64,000 nt of DNA from Azolla caroliniana (Eukaryota; Plantae; Polypodiophyta), in contig JBHGNT010000013.1 in the NCBI GenBank assembly GCA_043228905.1, positions 744,001 through 808,000 of the forward strand. Direction: 5' to 3'. The translations under genes and the position numbers were made by a program. The notes under the pieces are model-generated. The model saw only the letters and a program-made list of their open reading frames with translations. It had not been told where the DNA came from and did not search any database. Positions within the stretch are counted from its first letter, which is position 1. Every line of letters begins with the position of its first letter. This document shows, piece by piece, positions 35,501-47,753 of this stretch.

Positions 35501-37465
35501 TGGTTAGGCTACTATTTGGTGAGTTGGAGGTACTTGGGGAGTCAGGCCCTTCAAGCCCTTTTCCTTTAGTAATTATTGCATTATTAGGGTGGTTGTCTCT
35601 AGGATGGTTTGGAACTTCTCTATCTTGAGTCAACCACCACAACCGGTTCTCATTTTTAGCACATTTGGACATCCATCAAAGGTGACACAAATCTACAAGA
35701 AGACAAACTTTCAAAGGTAGAAGTTGAGCACACAACCGTTCGTTCTATATAAAATTAGGGAATTGGACATCTCGAAGGTTTTTCACTATATTTTGATGTT
35801 CTCTAAATCAACCAAAACCAATTTATGCACAATGATATTCAATGGCTATCTTGAAAGGATGATACCCCGGCTATAATAATATGTCATTAATTAGTCCGTT
35901 GCATGCACGCATAACATAATAACCATGAGCATGAGAATCACACAAAATGACAAACTTTATGCCCAAAGAATGAGCCAATTGCTCCTTAGAATGAGTTTTT
36001 TATAGGTTCATGTGATTCTTCTCCTCTATGCTTTTTATATCTTCTTGAATGAGTTGCCTCTCCTTAAAACATGAGCCATTCTCATTATGTAAAGATGTAG
36101 TAAAGTTCAAGCTTTAATAACATGGACTTAATAATGTGTTAATGGGGAAAAACTTCTAGCATACTTTGTCTTGTACATACTTTATAAAGTGGGAAGACAT
36201 GTCTCTAAAAAGAGGAAGGCACTCTCTTCCTTGTAATGCTTGTTCCTTAGCATCTAATGGGGGCTATTGAAAAACTAAGTCACATAAAGATATTTCCTTC
36301 CGGAAGTTCAAGGATATGTGCTCAATATATGGTATTGTTAGTAACATGCAACTTGTATCCCTAACATTAGTTTGTTTATTAAATATGGATACACACAAAC
36401 TGAAATGTATATTCTAGAATCCCGAGGTATTTAAGAAACATGGATGCCTTAGTGCCATTGACCATATACCTTGTAAAGAACTTTGAACAAGTTGGTCTCG
36501 GAGAAAACATCCATTCAAGTACATTGGAATCCATGTGAAAAATACAAATAGAATGAAGCACAATTTTTTAATTTTTGAATATTAATTTTTGTGAGAAAAA
36601 CAATTCGAGCATTCTCCATAACACCTTGCTACGGACACACGAATGGAGGAACAACAAATGACCATGAATACTTAAATACGTAAATAAAACTTATAAGAAG
36701 TTTTGTAGGAAATGTGGGTTTGTATCTAATTCCATGGTTGCTCGTCGACATAATGTTTCTAAATTTTGATAAAGGATGCAAAGTTCTTAATTACCTATCC
36801 ATCACCAATCAAACGTTTGCAAGCGGGCAAAAATAATGGGTATAAAATTTTTTTTCCCGAGAAAAAACTATTTCCCATTAGGTAGGTGAATCGCATATAC
36901 AGATAAGGCTATGTACACTCTAAGTTTCTATAGATTCTCTACTATTTACAGGTCACTTTCATATATATTTGGTTATTGTTGTATGCCACCATCAATAAAA
37001 AAAGGTGGGTCAATCGTTGTCCACATAACAACAAACGACTGCCTGACAAAACCTGTTATTTTTCAACAAGCATCAAGACACAACTAGCAAGCTTCTGAAC
37101 ATACCTAGACATTGGTATCACCGAAAGCAATATGGGTGATTTGTTGGCATGCGGGGTAGAGTTGGTGAGGCGGCTAGAAGCACCATTTCGGATGTCCTAA
37201 CCTGAAGTCCACCAATGTTTTGGTTTCCTAGAGTGAGATTAATTGTGCTTGTGCCAACTCTTGAGACTTTGAATCTCCCTATAGTTTTTTGAATTGTGCA
37301 CGCAAGGATACCACTAGATCAATCCATTTAGTCGTGATGGCATCTGCAATTGTGTGTGTTTCCCTTGAGTACCATTTGAGACTTTCCACATGTTCCACAT
37401 ATCGATTGATGCCACAGTTGATCATGCTTTCTACAGATTTCGTGATCCCCAAATTTGCGTACATC

Positions 37466-37825
37466 TGTCATGGACGAGTATAATAGAGTAGAACCAAGAC
37501 GAGACTTAGAACTAGGAGATAGAAAAAGAACATGAACTTAACTTATGCTTCTGTAACTGGTGTTGTTCACCTTGATTAGAATCAAGGTGCACCTGAGTAT
37601 TTATACAAGAAGCTAGAGGTATGTATGCTAGCTAGAAATAGAGAATGCATGAGGATGCATGCAAGCTAGGAACTTCCAATGTTCAATCTACCATACATTG
37701 GATTTTATATTACAAGGATGCAAACTTGATGGATGTAGCTTAGTTGGTAGGGTTGCCCAATGGAGACCAGAAGGTCTTGGGTTCAATATCTACCTTCCAT
37801 TGGGGCATGGCATATGTCTATGACA
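37466..37825 (-). mobile_element. 3' LTR (360 bp) of a chromovirus (Ty3/gypsy)
   Basis: TGTCAT...ATGACA termini; PPT (minus: agggggaggataa) at 37826-37838; same family as 56433-56803. Confidence 0.9.
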
Positions 37826-37856
37826 TTATCCTCCCCCTAAGGCCACCTCCGAAGAT

Positions 37857-38799
37857 TCACGGCCGGTTTTTGTGGGTACCGTTGATGAAAACCTCGAATG
37901 GCCTCGGGAGCATTTTGTAAATGTGTAACCGGTTCCCACGTGGAGTTCGAAATAGGGTAACCTTTCCATAAGACCAAATATTGAAGTTGTCATCCCGGAA
38001 TTCAAGAAGGATGGTATAGTTCAAGGAAAGAGACATGGAAAACATTGTGAATCTTGAATGTTCTAGGAAGCAATAACAGGAATGCAACTGGGTTGATTCG
38101 CTCGATGATACGGAAGGGGCCTAGCTTTTTGTAGTCTACCATTGCGCAGGGACGAGTGGTGGTGATGTGGTGACGTAGTAGCCAAACCATGTCATTGACT
38201 GCAAAGGTCGACGCGGCCAAGCATTGACGATTATCGTGATCCATATACTGTTTGCCAGCGACACAGAGCTCAAGGGAGAGGTCACAATGGACATCTTGTA
38301 AAGTGCGGGCACACATCTCTGCCGACGGGTTGACGGAAATCCCAGGAATGGAAATGTTGAAACAAGGGTGGAACCCATAGTTTGCAATGAATGGGGAAAC
38401 CTTAGTTGTGGCATGGATACTATTATTGTAGGCAAACTCCTCCATGGCAAGGAAGTCCACCAAATCCTCTTGTTGGTAGTTGACTGTACACCGGAGATAT
38501 TGTTCGAAGATTTGGTTGACTCTTTCGGTTTGGCCATCAGTTTGAGGGTGGTACACTGTTGATGAGTTCACAGAAATCCCGAATGTCTATAGAAGTCATC
38601 GTATGAAGTGGGAGATAAATTGAGAACCTCGATTAGAGGTGACATCCTCGGGTAAGCCGTGTAGACGAATGCCATTTTTCAAAACAATCCGTCGTCTCCT
38701 CCCCCGAAATGGTCTTTGAGCATGGACAAAGTGAGCCATCTTCAAAAACCAATCAATAATCACTAGCACCTGTCATGGCCACCAATGCGAGGGAGGTCG
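37857..38799 (-). pseudogene. Chromovirus integrase core + GPF + chromodomain remnant
   Basis: KMAHF..HGLPEDVTSNRGSQFISHF, STVYHPQTDGQTERVNQIFEQYLR, KLGPFRI..IHNVFHVSFLE, and QYLVLWKGYPISNSTWEP (chromodomain). Confidence 0.92.
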
Positions 38800-39270
38800 T
38801 GTAAAGAATCAGATATGATTTTGTGCAGTGGAAGAGATGTGTGTTATGTGTGTGTGCATTTGTGGAAAGAGGAGAGGAGAGGAGAGGAGAGAAACACAAG
38901 ACAGATAAAAGAAGTGAAGTATTCAAGAGGATGTATATTAACAAGGAGAATATGATGTACAAAAATGTAGCATTACAAGGGAAGACAACTGACTCTATAT
39001 GAGGTAGGAGGAGGGTGCTTTATATAAGGTCAAGTTCTCTCTTCATTAAAGACCCACTCTCTCTCTAGAGCTATAGAAGATCATGGGTCATGGGGAATGT
39101 GGAAACTCATTAGTTATGTGTTATAGAATATGATTCTATGACACATAGTTAATGTGTAGAAAGTAGTGGTGACTTTTGACCTTTGAATGTTCATACATTC
39201 TCAAAGGTGTGTTCACACATTGAACTAGGTTGAGCTTGATTCTCAACATGCCCCCCTCAAGCTCAACTTG
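38800..39270 (-). mobile_element. Orphan copia 3' LTR (38800-39248) with PPT, lineage of the 14199 element
   Basis: Minus strand reads ttgagcttgagggggg-ca-TGTTGAGAATCAAGCTCAAC...TTTACA, the same junction as 14648-14684. Confidence 0.8.
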
Positions 39271-39284
39271 GATTAGCTTCATTC

Positions 39285-40082
39285 GGTTTGAGTAGGTCGT
39301 TCTCGATGAAAGATATGGGCCCGGCAAAACAAATCCTGGGAATGCACATTGTTCGGGATCGAGCAAAGAAATTGTTATGATTGTCATAGGAGAAGTATGT
39401 GACAAAAGTGCTCTAGAGATTCAACATGGAAAGCGCGAAACCGGTAAGCTCGACATTGCCAACAAACTTCAAGCTTATCCAATGTCCGAAGGCGAAGACC
39501 GAGAAGACCAAGATGTCAAAAGTCCCCTATGCCTCGGATGTCGGAAACCTGATGTACGCGATGGTCTGTACCAGGCCAAACATCGTATATGCAGTCAGAG
39601 TCGTCAACCGATACATGAGCAATCTCGACAAGGAACATTGGACGATAGTCAAATAGATACTTATGTACCTGAAAGGCACCTCAAGTGTGTGTCTTCGATT
39701 CGGCTCAGGTAACACCACATTAGAAGATATACCGATTCGGACATGTCGGCTGATGCGGATACCAGTCGATCCACGTCCGGATACGTGATGACCTATGTAG
39801 GGGGAGCTTTCTCGTGACAGTCGAGGTTGCAGAAGTCCGTAACACCGTCGATCACGGAAGTCGAATATATGGCTGCAGTAGAAGCCGACAAGAAACCGGA
39901 CAAAATCGACGCCGCGATGTGGGAGGTGATGCACATGAAGACAACGACGTACATACGGTGCTTCATCAACATGAGCCTATACAACAACTTTAATGAAGAG
40001 AACAAGGCTCATGAACTCTAAGAGAAGATCGACATTATGTTTCAAAACAAAAATGCTGTTAATCAGGTTTCGGTATTCCGGT
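39285..40082 (+). pseudogene. Copia RT/RNase H fragment followed by a gag fragment
   Basis: MKDMGPAKQILGMHI..KVPYASDVGNLMYAMVCTRPNI..SITEVEYMAAVEA, then KPDKIDAAMWEVMHMKTTTYIRCFINMSLYNNF..EL*EKI (gag N-terminal-like). Confidence 0.8.
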
Positions 40083-43000
40083 ATTCCGGACCTCCTTCCG
40101 ATTGAGGCCACCGATGAGACGTAATGCACCACTAGAGTTGGTGCATACTGATGTGTGTCAAGTGGACACGAAGTCACATGCAGGATCGCAGTACTTCGTG
40201 ACGTTCATAGATGACCACAACCGGAAGCTGTGGGCCACACCGTTGAAGACGAAGGATCAGGTGCTATCCGTCTTTAAAGAGCTCCACACGAGAGTGGAAA
40301 GAGAAACCGGCCGGAAGTTGAAGGCGGTTCGAGCAGATAACGGAGGTGAATACTGGGGGTAGTTCGAGCAGTACTGTCGCTCGAAGGGAATCCGGCTCGA
40401 ATTTACCGTGCCGAAGACGCCGGAACTAAACGGGCTGGCCGAGAGGATGAACCGGACCATAATGGAGAGGGTCTGGAGTATGCTGGCACATGCAAAACTA
40501 CCCAAGAAGTTTTGGGCTGAGGCATTGTCGACGATGACATATGTGATAAACAGATCACCGTCAGTACCCTTGGACGGAGATACGCCGCAGAGAGTATGGA
40601 CCGGTAAGGAAGTGTCCTACCGGCATCTGAAAGTGTTCGGGTGTCTCGCGTATGTGCATGTAGCTAAGGACCGGAGAGGAAAGTTAGATCCAAAGACCCG
40701 GCCATGCATATTCCTCGGTTACGGCGACGATGAGTTCGGCTACCGAGTGTGGGACCTGGTCGATAAGAAGGTATTCCAGAGTCGAGATATTATCTTCATG
40801 GAGGACAAGACGCTCGCCAACTGGGAGTCGGAGAAGAAGATAATGAACTCCGAGTCGACAGGTAAGGATCGATTCTACAATGAGCAGACCCAACCGGCAA
40901 GAGACCGGTTAGCACTCGAGGAACCAACCGTTTATGGTGAGGATACCGAACTGGCAGAAGAAGAAGTAGAGGAAGTTGAAACTGGAACCGGCCAAGACCC
41001 CGAATCGGATTCGGATGAAGATCATATGGAAGAGCCGGTTACCGAAGCCCAAAGATGGAGATATCCTCTCAGAGAGAGAAGGCCCCCCTGGAGATTTCCG
41101 AATGCAGAGCATGTGCTGCTAACCGATGAGGGGGAGCCAGAAAGCTTCGAGGAAGCTAAAAGTGACGCCCATAGCCGCAAATGGTTAAGTGCCATGCAAG
41201 ATGAGATGGATTCCCTGCATGAGAACCATATGTACAAATTGGTGGAGTTGGCGAAAGGAAAGTGGGCACTCCGAAACAAGTGGGTGTACAAGTTGAAACC
41301 GGGAGATGTCGACAACCCCCTGAGATACAAAGCGAGGATCGTGGTGAAGGGGTTTCAGCAGAAGAAGGGCGTGGACTTCGACGAGATATTTGCCCCGGTA
41401 GTAAAGATGACCTCCATCCGGACGGTGCTGAGTATAGCGGCAAGCATGGACCTCAAGGTAGAGTAGCTAGATGTGAAGACGACATTCCTTCACGACGACC
41501 TCGAAGAGGAGATCTACATGCAGCAACCGGAAGGATTCGTGGAGAAAGGGAAGGAGCACCTGGTATGCCGGTTGAAGAAGAGCCTGTACGGACCGAAGCA
41601 GGCTCCCCGACAATGGTACCGGAAGTTCGACTCTTTCATGACCGATCAAGGGTACCACAAGACGTAGGCCGATCACTGCGTGTTTGTGAAGAAGTTCGAA
41701 GGAGGCGACTTCCTGATACTCCTTCTGTACGTGGATGACATGTTGATCGTCGGACGGGACCAAGCCAAAATACAGATGCTGAAGAAGGCTCTCAACCGGA
41801 CCTTCTCAATGAAAGATTTGGGTCCGGCAAGACAGATGCTGGGGATGCATATTATTCGGAACCGGTCAATGAAGCAATTGTGGCTGTCACAGGAGAAGTA
41901 CGCGACAAAGGTGCTTCAGCGGTTCAACATGTCAGATGCGAAACCGGTCGGATCGACACTTTTGGCAAACTGCAGGTTATCCGGTAAGCAAAGCCCGAAG
42001 ACGAAAGCAGAGAAGGCTGATATGATTAAGGTTCCATATGCCTCTGCCGTCGAGAGCTTGATGTACGCAATGGTGTGTACCCGACCAGATATAGGATACA
42101 CAGTCGGAGTGGTGAGCTGGTTTATGAGCAATCCCGGCACGGAGCACTGGAACGTGGTCAAATGGATACTCCGGTACTTGAAGGGCACTTCAAATATGTG
42201 TCTCCGATTCGGCTCCGGTAAACCTCAACTTGACGGTTTTACCGATTCGGACATGTCGGTTGATGTGGATACCAGCCGGTCTACATCCGGGTATGTAATG
42301 ACATATGCAGGGGGAGCTGTTTGGTGGCAGTCGAGGTTGCAGAAGACGGTTGCGTTGTCAACCACGGAGGCGGAGTACATGGCAGCTGTTGAAGCTGGCA
42401 AGGAAATATTATGGATGAAGGACTTCATCGGAGAGCTCGGTATCCGGCAAGATGAATACCAGCTCTATTGAGACAGTCAAAGTGCCATCCACCTTGCTAA
42501 GAATGCGGCCTACCATTCTCGGACGAAGCATATCCAGTGAAGGTATCACTGGATCCGGGAAAGAGTAGATGACCAGGAGTTCGCGCTGACGAAGATCCAC
42601 ACGACCGAGAATGGGTCAGATATGCTGACCAAAGTACTGATACCCGACAAGCTGGATGCATGCCGGAAGCGGATCGGACTAGTAAGACATTCCATGCTGG
42701 AGTGAAGGGGGAGTTTGTTAGGAAACAGGTCCCTCCGGATGGGAAGTGAGAAGAACAGTACTGATGAGCAAACTCGGCCGAGGCCGAAACCGGATGTGGA
42801 GTACCCGACAACGGAAGACTCGGTGAGAACCAGATGAAGAGTACCCGACTATGGAAGACCCGGTGAGAACCGGATGACAAGTGCCAGTCAAGAGCCAGAT
42901 GATGCAAGCCCGGTGAGGAGTGCTCACCGGATGAAGGGACATATTCGTAAATATGTTTTCTGAGAGTCCATCGGGGCTATATTTGTAAATAGCCGAAAAG

Positions 43001-43401
43001 TCATATTAGTATAAATATGACTTAGGGCAAACTCTTTTATTTGATGTTGTTGTCGTTCTTGTTGGCACAAAACTAGAGAGCGCGTAACAGTGTACAGAGA
43101 GAGAGAGAGAGAGAGAGAGGAAGAGGTCAGTACCTCTGTTGTAACCGCCGCCTGTGGCGAAGATCGTGAGCGCGAGGTCGTTGCCTCTGTGAGCTCACTG
43201 TTGTAATCATTGTGATATAGTGATAGTTTGGAGTCTGTGGACTCCCGTGGTTTTTCCCTCTCAGGGTTTTTCACGTTAAACATCCTGTGTACTCTTCTCT
43301 CCTTTGTGTTGTGCGTTCATTATCCGTTTTATGTGTTTGATCTTAGACTCGGTTGTGGCCGAGCGTTGTTCATCGGGAGCGTGTAGTTCCTGTCATCAAC
43401 A
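40083..43401 (+). mobile_element. 5'-truncated copia (IN-RT-RH + 3' LTR 42716-43401), sister of 4791-10346
   Basis: Colinear and highly similar to 7003-9626; several C->T nonsense codons (40360, 41464, 41665, 42538); PPT gaagggggag 42704-42713; LTR TGTTAG...TCAACA. Confidence 0.95.
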
Positions 43402-46400
43402 AGTTGGATAGAGGGCGGAGGTGGCATAGCACGATTAGGAATGGAAGAGATGCGACAAGGCTCCAAAAGAGAGCTATGAAAGACTGGGTGAAGCCGCATG
43501 TGCGCTGGAAGATTAAGACGAAAGGTGGCATCATTAATATGTGCAGTGATGAGAAAATGACCTAAGCGCTGATAATCGAGCTCTTCTCACATGGCCGGGT
43601 AGTCTTCATGTGACGACGAAGCAACCATACTTGGTCACCAACCTTGAAAGGAGATTTAAGATGATGGCGATCAGTGTTGGTTTTATGTTGTGCTTGAGCT
43701 ATCTGAAGATGTGAAGATAACGCTAACTAAATTCGATGTAGTCAATGAAGATGATGCTCAACACTAGGGTTTCGAGTGACCTTGGGAAGATCCAAGATAC
43801 AACATCAAGGATGGTTGCCAATGTACGCAAAGAAAGGTGTACCCTTGGTAGAAGTGTGTATTGTGTTATTGTATGCAAACTCAGCGAGATGTAGAATATT
43901 ACTCCAATCATCTTGTTGATAACTAATGAAGCATCGAAGATATTGCTCAAGCGTTTGATTCGTGCACTCTGTTTGGCCATCGGTTTGTGGATGATAAGCC
44001 GAAGAGAGTTTGCAGGATATTTTGAGGCCCACCCATAGGGGCTTCCAAAAGTGAGAGATAAATTGAGGATCACGATCAATAATTATATCGTCTGGAAGAC
44101 CATGATGGTGAAATACTTCACCCATAACGATATCTGCAGTTTCCTGACTACTGATGCTCTTTACACATGGTAAAAAATGTGCCATCTTGGTAAACTGATC
44201 CACTATTGTTAAAATAGTATCAAAACCTTGTGAAGGTGGCAGATTTGTAATGAAATAATAGAAATAGACTGCCATGGCTTGGTTGGAGGCTATAACGGTT
44301 TTAACAAGCCATAAGGATGATGCCTGGGTATTTTGGCTCGACAACAGGTGTCACATGTACGAACATAATCTTTGACAAAATTTTGCAAATGAGGCCACCA
44401 AAACGAGCGCTTCACCAACTCCATGGTCTTGGCAATACCAAGATGTCCAGCCATAGGGGCATCATGACAATGCTCTAATACTTGAAGGCGAGGTGATCCA
44501 TCAGGGACGTAAAGGAGATTCTTGTAAAAGAGTAAGCCATCTTGCCACTTGAATTCTTGATAATGTTGACTCAAAGATGAACTTGGCATTGTGGAGCAAG
44601 ATGCATGGCTTGGACTAATGTGGGCTGAGACATCCTTAGCGAAATCATCAGAGTGAAGTTGTTGCCGAATAGTATCAACAAGGCGTGAGTCCAGCGGTGT
44701 GGCATAAACTGTTGTTGCTTGTAGCTTTGATCGGCCTAATAGAATTTGCTTTTGGTTGTCGATGGCCAGATCTCTAGGTCGAGGTGCGAGATATGAATGT
44801 CGAGATAGAGCATATGGCTTTCCTTATTGCTTCCTAGGGCAGACAACGATCTTGAAATCAAAACGAGTTAGAAACTGTGCCCATCGAGCTTGTCTCCTAT
44901 TTAACACTCGAGCCGTTTGAAAATATGTAAGATTTTTGTGATCACTATAAATGATGATTTTTGTGCCCACCAAGAAATGTCGTCATTGCTCGAAAGAGTC
45001 AACCACAACTAGTAACTCCTTGTCATCCACCTCATAGTTTATCTCCGCAACAGTAAATTTTCTCGAGTGAAACGCGACTGGATGGGACTGCCCGTCCTTG
45101 CCTTGTTGGGATAGGATACTCCCCAATGCAAAGTCTGATGCATCCGCTTCAATGGTAAATGGCTTTTCGGGATCAATATGTGCTAATATAGGAGCTGATG
45201 TGAATGCCTCTTTGAGCTGAGTAAAGGCTGTGTCCGCTTCCATAGTCCAAACAAATGCTTGATTCTTCTTGGTGAGTTGGGTGAGAGGCAACATAATCTT
45301 TGAATAATTCTGTATGAATTTGCGATAGAAGTTAGCAAATCCCAGGAAGCATTGGACGTCTTGAATAGAACGTGGGGGTTGCCATTCCAATATTGTTTTG
45401 AGTTTTGCTGGATCCATGAAGATACCCTTAGATGAAATAGTATAACCTAAGAATTCGACTTGTTCGCTGTCAAAATTATACTTCTCAAGTTTAGCATATA
45501 GACCATACTTTCTTAAGCCTTCAAGTACTTTCCGGACATGTATATCATGCTCCTCCTATGTTTTAGAGTAAATCAACAGATAATCTAAATAGATTATGAG
45601 AAAGATATCTAGAAAATCCCGGAAAATGTCATTTGCCATATATTGGAAAACTGCGGGTGCATTTGTGAGCCCAAAAGGCATGACTGTATACTCAAAATGA
45701 CCATAGCGAGTGCGAAATGCCGTTTTCCACTCATCTCCCGGTCGAATGCGAACAAGATTATATGCACCCTTTAAATCAATCTTTCTAAAATGTTTTGCCC
45801 CACCAATGCGCTCTAAAAGACTGGAGATTAAAGGAAGAGCTTACCTATTTCTTATGGTGACTTTATTTAATCCCCGATAGTCCACAACCAAACGAAGCGA
45901 CCCATCCTTTTTCTTCACAAAAAATATAGGAGCACCGGCTGAAGACTTTGAATGTCGAATAAACCCATGTGCAAGATTCTCCTCGATGTATTCTCGAAGA
46001 ACCTCAAGCTCAGTTGGTGACAGATTGTAGATCGGACGCCACGGTGGCTCTTTTCCTAGTTGGAGGTCAATGGGATAATCATACGACTGATGCTTTGGAA
46101 GTACACTAGCTTTGACTTTGTCGAAAAGATCAGCATATTCTTGACATTTTTCGGGAATTTGGATGTCTGAATTCTCTTGAGTGGCACTAGAAGGTGTCAC
46201 TGATATTGCAAACAAAAAAACTTCCTCCTTTCCTACCATTTGGAACATTTGTTGCAATGTGATAGTTGCGATTTGGTGAAAAGGAGATGGTGCACTGGTA
46301 GAACTATATTCTTTAAGGGAATAGTCCTGGGTTCGATCCTTAGCAATGATGTTTTCTGTAGAAGGGCACCAAATTTCTCGCCTCCTCCAATCAATTCGTG

Positions 46401-47275
46401 GGTTATGTAGCTCGAACCATGGCAAACCAAGGACAATTGGATGCTCGAGGCTACGGATTATATTAAAGGAAACTACACATCCTAAATCACCTAAGAGCAT
46501 ATGTATTGGCTCAGACTCTTCGAATATCTTCACGGAAGCTATGGAACGTCCATCAATCACTCCTACGGAAACTGGGCAAGGAAGTGTATGCAAGGATATT
46601 TGATGTTTTTGGGCAAAATCTCTATCCATGAAACAAGAATTGGCTCCGGTATCTAAGAGGGCTTGGACGTGAAGTTGGCAACTCGGTGTCCTAACTTGTA
46701 CTTGGGCTGAGAAGACTCTACTAACATGCTTGGATGAAATGGAACCTACACTTAGTTGTACAGAGCTAGGGTTGTCCAACCAAATGGCTCCTATTTTGGC
46801 CGGACTTATTCGTTTGACTCCTCTTCTAATTGTCTTAGGACCTCAAACTTACTGGACAAGGGTGGATTATTCGTAATATGAGAATCACTAAGTGCTTCTA
46901 AAATGTTGGACTCATTTTTACTGTCATAGTGAATGTGATTTACTTGACGTCTCGGCCTACGGGAGCAATGAATCACTATGTGTCATGGACCTCCGCAATA
47001 TAAGCACAGATGGTTTGCTCGGTGTCGTTTCTTCTCTTCTTCTGACAATGGTCCTTGACGTTGGGTCATATCGATCTCCATGGGCGTCGGCCTATCCATT
47101 GGGGTTGGGCTACGTGTTTGCCTTGGGGTTGGAGCAGGGCTATACGTTTGCCTTGGAGACGATTGCGTCGTTACTGATGCATAAGTTGGTGTGTATCTTG
47201 ATCTTGTTATTTGTTGTTGTCGCTCACATCGACGCTCAAAAAGACGCTTATCACACCGTATTGCTCGAATCAAAC
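43402..47275 (-). pseudogene. Tcn1-like chromovirus gag(C-term)-PR-RT-RH-IN, disrupted
   Basis: TPMEID..CLYCGGP*H knuckle, [11 protein letters not shown] protease, [46 protein letters not shown] RNase H, CHDAPMAGH..CDTC, YHPQTDGQTE integrase. Chromodomain end missing. Confidence 0.95.
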
Positions 47276-47753
47276 TATCAGAACCAAGAGAAAAGATAGA
47301 GTGTAAAGAGATCACAACAAGAGAAGAATGAAGTGATAAGAGAAGAATGAATGTATTAATAAGATGGAATGAAGATGGATACAAGATAGGCAACAAAAGA
47401 TTAAGACTGGTGTTGATTCGAATTGGTTTGAGAAGAATTATATGTCTATATTTATAGGTTCCTATAGCCTAGTGATTTCTATAATGTTCTAGAATGTTCT
47501 AGACCTAGAATATTCTAAGAAGTTCTAGGATATTGTAGAATGTTCTAGACCTAGAATATTCTAAGATGTTCTAGGATATTCTAGAATGTTTTAGAATGTT
47601 TTAGAACATTTACAATAGTCAGTTTTTTATAAGAAGTAGCTTTTATTATTTCATATGATTATATGCTATCTTAATGGTTAGGTTCTTGATTATGTATTAC
47701 AAGGTCTTGGGTTCAAGCCCAAGTGAAGTCATGATGCTTATGTATTCATTACA
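47276..47753 (-). mobile_element. Chromovirus-type LTR (478 bp), probable 5' LTR of 43402-47275
   Basis: Termini TATCA (degenerate TGTCA)...TTACA; minus-strand TATA at ~47449-47457; HSE-like repeats and a tRNA-like module in U3. Confidence 0.7.

Noticed and set aside
37729-37800. Functional tRNA genes
   Set aside because: Anticodon arms are degenerate and the sequences are embedded in LTRs; reported as tRNA-like modules only.
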